Of a stretch of DNA of 64,000 bases, positions 35,087 through 48,099 are shown piece by piece; within the stretch, counting starts at the first letter, position 1, and the number at the start of each line of letters is the position of its first letter. The position numbers and the translations under genes are program-made. Under the pieces are notes generated by a model. It ran no database searches, was not told where the DNA came from, and saw only the letters and a list, made by a program, of their open reading frames with translations. The DNA comes from Eledone cirrhosa (taxonomy: Eukaryota): the NCBI GenBank assembly GCA_964016885.1, contig OZ024756.1, positions 27,652,001 through 27,716,000 of the forward strand. Reading direction: 5' to 3'.

Positions 35087-35271
35087 ATAGATAGATAGAT
35101 AGATAGATAGAGAGGGGTAACATGAATACGTCATATGATAGGCAGTAATATGAGGTGACATTTAATAATGATGTGATCAACAATCTTTACAAATCGATGT
35201 AATTGAACCAAACTAGGTTACCGACCATTCACGACGGCACGTATAAGATGGAGCTTCGATTTCCACATCAA

Positions 35272-35543
35272 GAAATAATGATTTCTGATTTAGGCACAAG
35301 GCCAGCAGTTTTGGAGCGTTGGTGGGGGGGGGGGTCTATTAAATCGATCCAGTGTATTACTGGTACTTTATTTTATCGACCCCGTAAGGATGAGAGGGAA
35401 TGAAAACCTCAGCGGAATCAAGAAAAGAATTGTTTCTACGTTTGGCACAAGGCCAGCAATTACCCTAGTGTATTACTGGTGCCTCGTAAGGAAGGAAGGC
35501 AAAGCTAACCTCGGTGCGATTTGAACTCAGAACATAAAGGGCC
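35272..35543 (-). mobile_element. Two SINE family 2-related fragments
   Basis: GGCACAAGGCCAGCA...TACTGGTACTTTATTTTATCGACCCC and AACCTCGG..GATTTGAACTCAG. Confidence 0.8.
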
Positions 35544-38500
35544 GAGATCAAATTCTTACGGCTTGTATAAGACCACCGAGGTTTAAAGTATAGGACATTT
35601 GCTAAGGAGATCAAATTCTTACGGCTTGTATAAGACCTCCGAGGTTTAAAGTATAGGACATTTGCTAAGGAGATCAAATTCTTACGGCGTGTATAAGACC
35701 TCCGAGGTTTAAAGTATAGGACATTTGCTAAGGAGATCAAATTCTTACGGCTTGTATAAGACCTCCGAGGTTTAAAGTATAGGACATTTGCTAAGGAGAT
35801 CAAATTCTTACGGCTTGTATAAGACCTCCGAGGTTTAAAGTATAGGACATTTGCTAAGGAGATCAAATTCTTACGGCTTGTATAAGACCGCCGAGGTTTA
35901 AAGTATAGGACATTTGCTAAGGAGATCAAATTCTTACGGCTTGTATAAGACCGCCGAGGTTTTAAAGTATAGGTACTTGCTAAGGAGATCAAATTCTTAC
36001 GGCTTGTATAAGACCGCCGAGGTTTAAAGTATAGGCACTTGCTAAGGAGATCAAATTCTTACGGCGTGTATAAGACCGCCGAGGTTTAAAGTATAGGACA
36101 TTTGCTAAGGAGATCAAATTCTTACGGCTTGTATAAGACCGCCGAGGTTTAAAGTATAGGACATTTGCTAAGGAGATCAAATTCTTACGGCTTGTATAAG
36201 ACCGCCGAGGTTTTAAAGTATAGGTACTTGCTAAGGAGATCAAATTCTTACGGCTTGTATAAGACCGCCGAGGTTTAAAGTATAGGACATTTGCTAAGGA
36301 GATCAAATTCTTACGGCTTGTATAAGACCGCCGAGGTTTTAAAGTATAGGACATTTGCTAAGGAGATCAAATTCTTACGGCGTGTATAAGACCGCCGAGG
36401 TTTAAAGTATAGGACATTTGCTAAGGAGATCAAATTCTTACGGCTTGTATAAGACCGCCGAGGTTTAAAGTATAGGACATTTGCTAAGGAGATCAAATTC
36501 TTACGGCGTGTATAAGACCGCCGAGGTTTTAAAGTATAGGTACTTGCTAAGGAGATCAAATTCTTACGGCTTGTATAAGACAGCCGAGGTTTAAAGTATA
36601 GGCACTTGCTAAGGAGATCAAATTCTTACGGCGTGTATAAGACCGCCGAGGTTTAAAGTATAGGACATTTGCTAAGGAGATCAAATTCTTACGGCTTGTA
36701 TAAGACCGCCGAGGTTTAAAGTATAGGACATTTGCTAAGGAGATCAAATTCTTACGGCTTGTATAAGACCGCCGAGGTTTTAAAGTATAGGTACTTGCTA
36801 AGGAGATCAAATTCTTACGGCTTGTATAAGACCGCCGAGGTTTAAAGTATAGGACATTTGCTAAGGAGATCAAATTCTTACGGCTTGTATAAGACCTCCG
36901 AGGTTTAAAGTATAGGACATTTGCTAAGGAGATCAAATTCTTACGGCGTGTATAAGACCGCCGAGGTTTAAAGTATAGGACATTTGCTAAGGAGATCAAA
37001 TTCTTACGGCTTGTATAAGACCTCCGAGGTTTAAAGTATAGGACATTTGCTAAGGAGATCAAATTCTTACGGCTTGTATAAGACCTCCGAGGTTTAAAGT
37101 ATAGGACATTTGCTAAGGAGATCAAATTCTTACGGCTTGTATAAGACCTCCGAGGTTTAAAGTATAGGACATTTGCTAAGGAGATCAAATTCTTACGGCT
37201 TGTATAAGACCTCCGAGGTTTAAAGTATAGGCACTTGCTAAGGAGATCAAATTCTTACGGCTTGTATAAGACCTCCGAGGTTTAAAGTATAGGACATTTG
37301 CTAAGGAGATCAAATTCTTACGGCGTGTATAAAACCGCCGAGGTTTAAAGTATAGGACATTTGCTAAGGAGATCAAATTCTTACGGCTTGTATAAGACCT
37401 CCGAGGTTTAAAGTATAGGACATTTGCTAAGGAGATCAAATTCTTACGGCGTGTATAAGACCGCCGAGGTTTAAAGTATAGGACATTTGCTAAGGAGATC
37501 AAATTCTTACGGCTTGTATAAGACCTCCGAGGTTTAAAGTATAGGACATTTGCTAAGGAGATCAAATTCTTACGGCTTGTATAAGACCTCCGAGGTTTAA
37601 AGTATAGGACATTTGCTAAGGAGATCAAATTCTTACGGCTTGTATAAGACCGCCGAGGTTTAAAGTATAGGACATTTGCTAAGGAGATCAAATTCTTACG
37701 GCTTGTATAAGACCGCCGAGGTTTAAAGTATAGGACATTTGCTAAGGAGATCAAATTCTTACGGCTTGTATAAGACCGCCGAGGTTTAAAGTATAGGACA
37801 TTTGCTAAGGAGATCAAATTCTTACGGCTTGTATAAGACCGCCGAGGTTTAAAGTATAGGACATTTGCTAAGGAGATCAAATTCTTACGGCTTGTATAAG
37901 ACCGCCGAGGTTTAAAGTATAGGACATTTGCTAAGGAGATCAAATTCTTACGGCTTGTATAAGACCGCCGAGGTTTAAAGTATAGGTACTTGCTAAGGAG
38001 ATCAAATTCTTACGGCGTGTATAAGACCTCCGAGGTTTAAAGTATAGGACATTTGCTAAGGAGATCAAATTCTTACGGCTTGTATAAGACCGCCGAGGTT
38101 TAAAGTATAGGACATTTGCTAAGGAGATCAAATTCTTACGGCTTGTATAAGACCTCCGAGGTTTAAAGTATAGGACATTTGCTAAGGAGATCAAATTCTT
38201 ACGGCTTGTATAAGACCTCCGAGGTTTAAAGTATAGGTACTTGCTAAGGAGATCAAATTCTTACGGCTTGTATAAGACCTCCGAGGTTTAAAGTATAGGA
38301 CATTTGCTAAGGAGATCAAATTCTTACGGCTTGTATAAGACCGCCGAGGTTTAAAGTATAGGACATTTGCTAAGGAGATCAAATTCTTACGGCTTGTATA
38401 AGACCGCCGAGGTTTAAAGTATAGGACATTTGCTAAGGAGATCAAATTCTTACGGCTTGTATAAGACCTCCGAGGTTTAAAGTATAGGTACTTGCTAAGG

Positions 38501-39474
38501 AGATCAAATTCTTACGGCTTGTATAAGACCTCCGAGGTTTAAAGTATAGGACATTTGCTAAGGAGATCAAATTCTTACGGCTTGTATAAGACCGCCGAGG
38601 TTTAAAGTATAGGACATTTGCTAAGGAGATCAAATTCTTACGGCTTGTATAAGACCGCCGAGGTTTAAAGTATAGGCACTTGCTAAGGAGATCAAATTCT
38701 TACGGCTTGTATAAGACCGCCGAGGTTTAAAGTATAGGACATTTGCTAAGGAGATCAAATTCTTACGGCGTGTATAAGACCGCCGAGGTTTAAAGTATAG
38801 GACATTTGCTAAGGAGATCAAATTCTTACGGCTTGTATAAGACCTCCGAGGTTTAAAGTATAGGCACTTGCTAAGGAGATCAAATTCTTACGGCTTGTAT
38901 AAGACCTCCGAGGTTTAAAGTATAGGACATTTGCTAAGGAGATCAAATTCTTACGGCGTGTATAAGACCGCCGAGGTTTAAAGTATAGGACATTTGCTAA
39001 GGAGATCAAATTCTTACGGCTTGTATAAGACCTCCGAGGTTTAAAGTATAGGACATTTGCTAAGGAGATCAAATTCTTACGGCTTGTATAAGACCTCCGA
39101 GGTTTAAAGTATAGGCACTTGCTAAGGAGATCAAATTCTTACGGCTTGTATAAGACCTCCGAGGTTTAAAGTATAGGCACTTGCTAAGGAGATCAAATTC
39201 TTACGGCTTGTATAAGACCTCCGAGGTTTAAAGTATAGGCACTTGCTAAGGAGATCAAATTCTTACGGCTTGTATAAGACCTCCGAGGTTTAAAGTATAG
39301 GCACTTGCTAAGGAGATCAAATTCTTACGGCTTGTATAAGACCTCCGAGGTTTAAAGTATAGGACATTTGCTAAGGAGATCAAATTCTTACGGCTTGTAT
39401 AAGACCTCCGAGGTTTAAAGTATAGGCACTTGCTAAGGGGATCAAATTCTTACGGCTTGTATAAGACCGCCGAG
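35544..39474. repeat. 63-bp tandem satellite, about 62 copies
   Basis: Unit GAGATCAAATTCTTACGGCTTGTATAAGACCGCCGAGGTTTAAAGTATAGGACATTTGCTAAG with 62-64 bp variants and no spacers. Confidence 0.98.
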
Positions 39475-39731
39475 CTGCGTAGTGGGATGAAACCCAGAAC
39501 TACGTAACGACACAGATAGCCATGTCGGACGCTCTTTCATTATTTGTATGAACGCAGCCATTAAAAAGAATTTGATGTAATTCTACCCTTGATAAAAATA
39601 ACAATAATAATAAAATAAAAGAAAAGAAATGCTGATCCTTTGAGATTCAGTTTCTGTTATAGATACATCATACATTATATAAATAATAGAGTGATTGTTA
39701 TCATAAGGTATCCAGATTAATGGTTTTTATA

Positions 39732-39837
<106 letters not shown>

Positions 39838-40611
39838 GAAAGAGAAAAAGAGCGGGACAGACGGAGGCAGTGACAGTGGGAGTTTGGTTGTTTTTTTGTT
39901 TGGACCCGGTGTATATATGTATATAACCCACTACCCTATGAATTACCCACTAGATAACGATGTGTGACGGATTGTATAAATGTTGGAAGACCCGCTCCTT
40001 ACCCCATCTTGACAATATGATGGCAACCACTGCCAACCTCTAAGCCTCACAAGCTGTGGGTAACCTAATATAAAAAACAATCTGTTTCATATATTTCACC
40101 ATTCTTATGTGTTATATATCAAATGTACAGCTGTTAGGTTTAAACTAGACCACATGTGACCCGTTGGGTCACATTTACTTTAAAATATATTTTTTTAAAT
40201 GATGTTCACTGAAAAATAATTTTTAAATAATTACAGACATCATCATAATATAATAAAGGGAGGGGTGCGGGACTGCGTCTTGAATATATATTTTTTATCC
40301 CTTTAGTAAAATAAGTTGGTTTACTTTGAATAAATAATTGTTTCTACTTTTGGCACAAGGCCAGCAATTACCCAGTGCATTACTGGTACTTTATTTTATC
40401 GACCCCGGGATATAAATAATGAATGAATATTACATAATTTATATACTAAATTCCGTAACTCTTGATTAAATATATTTTTATTGCTTATTTCAAGATTCAC
40501 TTCTTTAAAATGTTCAAATATCAACACTTCCGGTTAGCGTCCATTATATTATAACACTTATTACATCGCTTATAAAAACGTTCATATCTTTGCATCGTTA
40601 TATAATATTTA

Positions 40612-40800
40612 TGGTGGTGGATTGGCAGTATCGGTAGAGGGTCGGACGCCATGCTTTCCAGCATAGTTACGTCCCTTTACGATCTGAGTTCAAATCCCGC
40701 CGAGGTTGACTTTGCCTTTCATCCTTATGGGGTCGATAAAATAAAGTACCAGTAATACACTGGGTAATTGCTGGCCTTGTGCCTAAAGTAGAAACAGTTA
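40612..40800 (+). mobile_element. Full-length tRNA-derived SINE family 2
   Basis: A-box-like TGGCAGTATCGG, B box GAGTTCAAATCC, body and GTAGAAACA tail; TSD-like GTTATATAATATTTAT on both sides. Confidence 0.92.
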
Positions 40801-41489
40801 TATAATATTTATATTTCCGTCGCTAATTTTCTCCTAATGCAGTTTTGCTAATGTCTCTTTTTTTAAATAATACAAACATATATGCATACACTGATAAATA
40901 TTACTCTATTACTTCATTACGTGTTTCAGCTGATAGGCTGAGGCCAACCTGGGGCACCGCCATGTGTATATTTATTCATTATAAGTATATAAAAAACTAT
41001 ATAAATCTACAGTCATATGTAGGGAAAATAAAACGTGAGGTTGCGATGGGAGATGAGACTGCTGTTAAGGATTATGTGATGATTATTTCAGCTGGAATAA
41101 TTAAACAAACATATTTACATTTATATAATGTAAATACAAATTTACCTTCGAATTGTAGTGTAAATATAATACTTTAAATGAAATATAGAATGCAAGATGG
41201 TTAAATTCAACAGTTGAGTTTCTAGCTCTCAAGGAATAGCACAAAATAAATATTTACATAAAAAAAACATTCTAATCACACAAGATGCAATATTTACATA
41301 AAAAATACAAACAATTTAATTACACAAGGTACATATATATATTAACTGTTAAAAATCGATTTTAATATCACTATATAATAAACTAGCTGAACTCCCCGGC
41401 GTTGCCCGGGTTACTGCTGTTCTTATTCAGATTAGTAAACAATAAAGAATATAAGATCCTAAAAACCATTAATCTGGATACCTAAATAT

Positions 41490-41700
41490 GGAATGTTTCG
41501 TGATGCCCCCCCCCCCCCTCCCCACACACAGCCCCGGCGGACAGGATGGAGAAGGCGTTCCCGCGGAGGACGGCAAGGGAGACGCGCTGGAAAAGCCACT
41601 CCAACTCGCGGGGTTCACACCTGCTGCTGGCCAGTTCAGCGCCTATGGTGGTGAGTAGGGAGGTAGCCCTGGAGCCGAGGACACCAGAAGTCTCCAAAGA
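41490..41700 (-). pseudogene. CRE-clade-like (RLE) retrotransposon C-terminal fragment
   Basis: ETSGVLG...LEWLFQRVSLAVLRGNAFSIL; relatives at 46560-46830, 48100-48340, 57500-57700. Confidence 0.7.
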
Positions 41701-42237
41701 TATTCTTTTTTTCTCATAATTATTTCAAAATATCTATATTTTATTTTAAAAATATCAATATTGTAACGATAATAGAATTTAGAAATGAAAATCTGTCAAT
41801 CTTGAAGCACCTTAGGGTAAACAATATTCATTGTGAAAATTTTTGTTGGTGTCCAAATGAATAAATTATTGCTACACACTCACACACATACACTCTCATA
41901 TACATATACTAAGACAGACACACACAGACATACATTCACGCAGACACACGCATAGCTTTTCACCTCATTTTTGGTCAGTTGCTACATATGTGTAAATGTG
42001 TGTATGTATTTAGTCACGTACCTAAAGAATGCGCGCACACACACTCACGTACACATAGATATCCATACACAAAATGTGACATCGGTGTGTTGTTTTCTAT
42101 TGGTTTAATGCAAATGAAAATAAAAAAAAAATGATCACATATACACTCACAAACACATAAACTCACACACACATACACTCTCATATACACTCATAAACAC
42201 TCTCACATACACTCACATACATATACTAAGACATTAT

Positions 42238-42422
42238 TTTGGCAGTATCAGTAGAGGGTCGGATAACATGCTTTGTAGCATAGAGTTACGCCCCTTTCTG
42301 ATCTGAGTTCAAATCCTGCCGAGGTTAACTTTGCTTTTTATCCTTACGGGGTCGATAAAATAAAGTACCAGTAATGCACTGGAATAATTGCTGGCCTTGT
42401 GCCAAAAGTAGAAACAATTATT
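42238..42422 (+). mobile_element. SINE family 2
   Basis: Aligns with the 40612 copy. Confidence 0.9.
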
Positions 42423-42815
42423 ACACATGTCTGTCATCACATATGTATCTGTATGTGTAGATGTGTGTGTGTGTGTTTAATTGCCTGTGTGTGAAGATAA
42501 TGTGCATGCAATTTACGTAGTAACGAACTCGCAAACACACACACACTCACAGACACATACACACTCATATACAAGATGTGACTCGTCATCGTTGTCATCG
42601 TAGTGGTGGTTTACTATAGTTCACTATAGAAATGTTATTTTAGTTAAAATATTATATTGTTTTAAATCAAATGAAAATAAAAATTACATGGTGACACTCC
42701 CGGGGTCTAATACTATCAACTTGTAAAATTTGATTTGATTTGGTCCAGCCGCTTAAGAATGCAGAGGAACAGATGGACAAACAGACAGTCAGACAGAGAG
42801 AGACAGAGTGATAAA

Positions 42816-43004
42816 TAATTGTTTCTACTTTGGGCACAAGGCCGGAAATTAACCAGTACATTACTGGTACTTTATTTTATCGACCCCCGAAAGGATGTAA
42901 GGTAAAGTCAACCTCGGCGGGATTTGAACTCAGATCGTAAAGGGACGTAACAATGCTGGAAAGCATGGCGTCCGACCCTCTACCAATACTGCCAATCCAC
43001 CGCC
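42816..43004 (-). mobile_element. Full-length SINE family 2 with TSD
   Basis: TSD AGAGTGATAAATAAT at ~42804-42818 and ~43009-43023. Confidence 0.92.
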
Positions 43005-43145
43005 TTTAAGAGTGATAAATAATGTTATATATATAGAGAGAGATACAAATTTATCATCGAATTATAGTGTAAATATAAATCTTTAAATGAAATATAGAAT
43101 GCAAGATGGTTAAATTCAACTGTTGAATTTCTAGCTCTGAAGGAA

Positions 43146-44605
43146 CCTTGGTGGTGTCGTTCTTACAAATGGTATGTGTTGGACCTCTTGGTGGTGTCGT
43201 TCTTACAAATGGTATGTGTTGGACCTCTTGGTGATGTCGTTCTTACAAATGGTATGTGTTGGACCTCTTGGTAGTGTCATTCTTACAAATGGTGTGTTGG
43301 ACCTCTTGGTGATGTCGTTCTTACAAATGGTATGTGTTGGACTTCTTGGTGGTGTCGTTCTTACAAATGGTATGTGTTGGACTTCTTGGTGGTGTCGTTC
43401 TTACAAATGGTATGTGTTGGATCTCTTGGTGGTGTCATTCTTATAAATGGTATGTGTTGGACCTCTTGGTGGTGTCGTTCTTACAAATGGTATGTGTTGG
43501 ACCTCTTGGTGGTGTCGTTCTTACAAATGGTATGTGTTGGACCTCTTGGTGGTGTCGTTCTTACAAATGGTATGTGTTGGACCTCTTGGTGGTGTCGTTC
43601 TTACAAATGGTATGTGTTGGACCTCTTGGTGATGTCGTTCTTACAAATGGTATGTGTTGGACCTCTTGGTAGTGTCGTTCTTACAAATGGTATGTGTTGG
43701 ACCTCTTGGTGATGTCGTTCTTACAAATGGTATGTGTTGAACCTCTTGGTGGTGTCGTTCTTACAAATGGTATGTGTTGGACCTCTTGGTGGTGTCATTC
43801 TTACAAATGGTATGTGTTGGACCTCTTGGTGATGTCGTTCTTACAAATGGTATGTGTTGGACCTCTTGGTGATGTCGTTCTTACAAATGGTATGTGTTGG
43901 ATCTCTTGGTGGTGTCATTCTTACAAATGGGATGTGTTGGATCTTTTGGTGATGTTCTTACAAATGGTATGTGTTGGATTTCTTGGTGATGTCCTTCTTA
44001 CAAATGGTATGTGTTGGATCTCTTGGTGGTGTCATTCTTACAAATGGGATGTGTTGGATCTTTTGGTGATGTTCTTACAAATGGTATGTGTTGGATTTCT
44101 TGGTGATGTCCTTCTTACAAATGGTATGTGTTGGATCTCTTGGTGATGTCGTTCTTACAAATGGTATGTGTTGGACCTCTTGGTGGTGTCGTTCTTACAA
44201 ATGGTATGTGTTGGATCTCTTGGTGGTGTCATTCTTACAAATGGGATGTGTTGGATCTTTTGGTGATGTTCTTACAAATGGTATGTGTTGGATTTCTTGG
44301 TGATGTCCTTCTTACAAATGGTATGTGTTGGATCTCTTGGTGGTGTCATTCTTACAAATGGGATGTGTTGGATCTTTTGGTGATGTTCTTACAAATGGTA
44401 TGTGTTGGACCTCTTGGTGATGTCGTTCTTACAAATGGTATGTGTTGGACCTCTTGGTGATGTCGTTCTTACAAATGGTATGTGTTGGACCTCTTGGTGG
44501 TGTCGTTCTTACAAATGGTATGTGTTGGACTTCTTGGTGATGTCCTTCTTACAAATGGTATGTGTTGGACCTCTTGGTGATGTCGTTCTTACAAATGGTA
44601 TGTGT
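43146..44605. repeat. 40-bp minisatellite, about 37 copies, with a 117-bp higher-order block
   Basis: Unit CTTGGTGGTGTCGTTCTTACAAATGGTATGTGTTGGACCT; 40+40+37 trimers at ~43890-44400. Confidence 0.97.
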
Positions 44606-44649
44606 GAGTATGTATTGGACTCACCGCCCGCTCATGGCTTTTGATAACG

Positions 44650-44820
44650 TTTTTGCCAGTTGTTCAATCAACGAAACAGCCGACTGGTGAAATTTACGTG
44701 CAAATGTCTGAGGATACCACAAACACATCTATTTTTTTTTATTTTAATGTAATACTCAGGAAGATTCAGCGTGACGAGGCCGGTCCTTTGAAATTACAGG
44801 TACAATTCATTTCGCTCATT
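44650..44820 (-). mobile_element. SINE internal/3' fragment (family 1-related)
   Basis: GAAATTTACGTG...CTCAGG.AGATTCAGCGTGAC shared with 545-635. Confidence 0.55.
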
Positions 44821-45430
44821 ATAGGCCAAATACCCTAACCCTAACAAAGCCACGCGCCTTCACTAATGTTATTTATACAATGTAAACGTATAATGATGAA
44901 AACAAATACTAGATGGCAAATCAAATGGTCTTCTGAGAACCACGTGTATGAGACGTACCGCACAACATTCTAACATCGTCAATATTTGCTCAAGGGAATT
45001 AACTCCGGCTTTTTAATCCGGTTGTCTACCCTTTGTTGTTACCATAAATTAGTTTATTCTAGCGACCATAGTTTTGGTCCCAAAGAGAACATTTCAATGA
45101 CAAACGTTTTTAAGCGTCAATTTTTTCAATTATGTCAACTAAAGTTTGCTTTACGGCACAAGGTGCCTACTGAACTGTCGCGCAACATCGTTTGTTTATC
45201 TCGTCCACTTTTCGCAAAGAAAATGGTTAGTATTTTCCACAAAAATTACACGTACGTGTATTTCTTTATGAAATTATTTAAATATTTATATTTTTCAGTC
45301 ATACATCTAATTTATTTTTTAAAGTTGTTTTTCTTTTCATTTGAATTATTATATTTGTCAATGGCATTTCACGCGCACTTTTGTATGGCCAATTAAATTG
45401 ATACGGAACCAAGAAACAACACACACATAC

Positions 45431-45461
<31 letters not shown>

Positions 45462-45483
45462 TATAAATGAAACGTATAGAAAT

Positions 45484-45549
<66 letters not shown>

Positions 45550-45634
45550 ATTTCTATACGTTTATATATATATATATATATATATATATTTCTATACGTA
45601 TATATATATATATATATATATATAATTTCTATAC

Positions 45635-45676
<42 letters not shown>

Positions 45677-45703
45677 TTGTTTCACATCCTTAATACTAAA
45701 GAA

Positions 45704-46414
45704 TAATGATTTCTACTATAGGCACAAGGCCAGTAATTTTGGGGGAGGGGACAGTCGATTAAATCGACCCCAATGCGTTAGTGGTGCTTTATTTTATCGA
45801 CCCCGTAAGGATGAAAGGCAAACTTAACCTCAGACAAACATTCATGACAAAGACTTTTTTCAAATTTTACAACTGACTCAACACGCTATGCGTTACTATC
45901 ATCTGCAGTAATGCTGCGAGCTTATTGGCTTGCCTCAACACTTTACGGTGACCCTTGTGGTATGGTGTGTGACAAATTGAAGCACTTGCTCTTCAATTGA
46001 TGGTTTATCCTCCCTTTTTTCTCTTGTTTTGGTCATAATATTTTGGGGTCGATAAAATAAAGTACCAGTTATGCACTGTATAATTGCTGGCCTTGTGCCT
46101 AACGTAGAAACAATTATTTTGTGCGTTATATTTATATGAATTCTTGTTATTATAAATGCAAACGAAATAAAATCCAGAGATTATACAAATAGTTTCCTCT
46201 CGTCTGTTAAAGTCTAAAAGCCAAAGAACAATAATAATTGTTTCTACTATTGGCACAAGGTCAGCAGATACCCAGTACATTACTGGTACTTTATTATATC
46301 GACCCCGTAAGGATGAAAGGCAAAGTTAACTTCGGCGGAATCTGAACTCAGATCATAAAGGGCGGTAACTCTATGCTACAAAGCATGGCGTCCGACCCTC
46401 TACTGCCAATCCAC
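45704..46414. mobile_element. Cluster of SINE family 2 copies
   Basis: 45704-45832 (-), 46043-46097 (+), 46232-46414 (-). Confidence 0.85.
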
Positions 46415-46559
46415 TAAAACGCCAGGGGGTCGGATTAAACAAGCATGGCATTCTCGTCGGAGAATTTCAATGGAGGCCTTACATATTATGTATGGTAGCA
46501 ACAAAATAAGTTGGGTACCCTGGTTAAAGCCCAATCAGCCCTCCGCCGCTACCACCAAT

Positions 46560-46830
46560 CAGTCGATCTCCGACAGGTTTTCAGTCGAGCCCCGAGCAGT
46601 GGAGAACTCTGGTGTCCTTGGCCTTAGGACCTACAACTATAGGCGGTGAGTTGGCTAGCAGCAGGTGTGAGCCTCGCGAGCTGGAATGTCTCTTCCAGCG
46701 CATCTTCCTCACCATCCTCCGGGAAAACGCCTTCTTTATTCTGTCCGCCGGAGCCGTGGGGGTGGCCAGTGCGTGGGACCCCATTTGCTCATAATAGTGA
46801 GAGATGGGGAGGGCGAGAGACGGGGGTGAT
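46560..46830 (+). pseudogene. CRE-like RLE C-terminal fragment
   Basis: VEPRAVENSGVL..IGGELASSRCEPRELECLFQRIFLTILRENAF. Confidence 0.68.
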
Positions 46831-47481
46831 GAGTTTGGTTCTATTGTATTCGGACATGTACATGTGTGTGTATTTTTACTCTATCGACCCTTTCCTTTCC
46901 TCTTTCCATCGAAAAGGATTATTAAAATGAAAGATTATGGAATTGGACACCACTAGTAGATATGGATTAATATATTGCCAAGCAGTTCGATCAATTAGGT
47001 GACTCAGTATCCTATTCAAATTTAATATTTTGATTATACCGCTTATATCCTTCCATACTTATTACCACCACACTGTCACGACAACAAGCATTTGCTTTGT
47101 TTTGATTTTTCACATGCAAAACGTTCTGCTTTTGGTTGTTCTTTTTAAGCACCTCATAAATTTTATGTTGTGTGCCTCTTTTTAAAAAAGACAAATAACA
47201 TCAGCAATTTTCGGCAAACAATTTTTTTTTTCATCCTCTGGTTGAGTTCAATATATTTGTCGGAGCTGGGCCACTGATAACGAAGTTTTTGTTATTGTTG
47301 GCTTTCCCAACCGATGTATCAGGCAATGTCCGCGAGAATACTTGGTTATTACAGCACCTCAGCCTCGCTATCACCCACTCACGTGTTACGAATGTGTAGG
47401 CTTGCCTTAAAATATATGTATATATATATATATTATTCAAAATATTAATAAATGAGCACGTTCACATAATCAAAATATATG

Positions 47482-47543
47482 TTTTATTATATATATTTCG
47501 GAGGTACTGTGCATTTTTTTCAGTACGTCCTCATCAGATAAAA
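47482..47543 (-). ncRNA. Canonical minimal type I hammerhead ribozyme
   Basis: UUUUAU-CUGAUGA-GGACGUACUG..CAGUACCUCC-GAAA-UAUAUA-UA/AUAAAA; G10.1-C11.1 pair present. Confidence 0.85.
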
Positions 47544-47550
47544 TACATGA

Positions 47551-47609
<59 letters not shown>

Positions 47610-47666
47610 TCACCTGGAATCGCATTTCGGCGGGTAGAAAAAGCGAAACGTAACGCAAATGAACGA

Positions 47667-47706
<40 letters not shown>

Positions 47707-47920
47707 TTAATTGATTATTTGTCTAGTTAATTTCTACGGACTAAGAGGAAAGACTAGGTAAATTTTATCTGTTCCTCATAAAGGAATATCGATAACATTT
47801 ATCTGCATATTTCTTCAAAGTTACATTTTAAACTTAGCTCCGTTTAAATGATTATTTATCTAGTTGGTTTCTACCGACTAAGAAGAAAAAATTGGATAAA
47901 TTTTGTCTGACTATTCATAT

Positions 47921-47985
<65 letters not shown>

Positions 47986-48099
47986 GGAGGTGAGTTTTAT
48001 TGTAGCAACAATAAAGCAATGCAAACATCGGATAAGTAGCACTCCACAGTTTATAGGACTGGAGTATAAATAATATAAGATCAAAAGATGGTTAAAAGA

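Larger units (their letters stand above)
41383..43037 (-). mobile_element. Non-autonomous Helitron with nested inserts
   Basis: Minus-strand 5' TCTATATATATAA; 3' hairpin CCCGGGCAACGCCGGG followed by CTAG|T. Confidence 0.65.

Noticed and set aside
7783-35110. Telomeric retrotransposon array (HeT-A/TART or TRAS/SART style)
   Set aside because: No (TTAGGG)n tracts (only two units at ~44834), arrays face each other, and internal sequence lies on both sides
35544-39474. CRISPR-like array or repeat-protein ORFs (ISLANVLYFKPRRSYTSRKNL)n
   Set aside because: No unique spacers and no cas genes in a eukaryotic context; ORFs arise because 63 is a multiple of 3, and they break at 62/64-bp units
43146-44605. 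ORFs or CRISPR array in the 40-bp repeat
   Set aside because: Contiguous units without spacers; translations just cycle through frames
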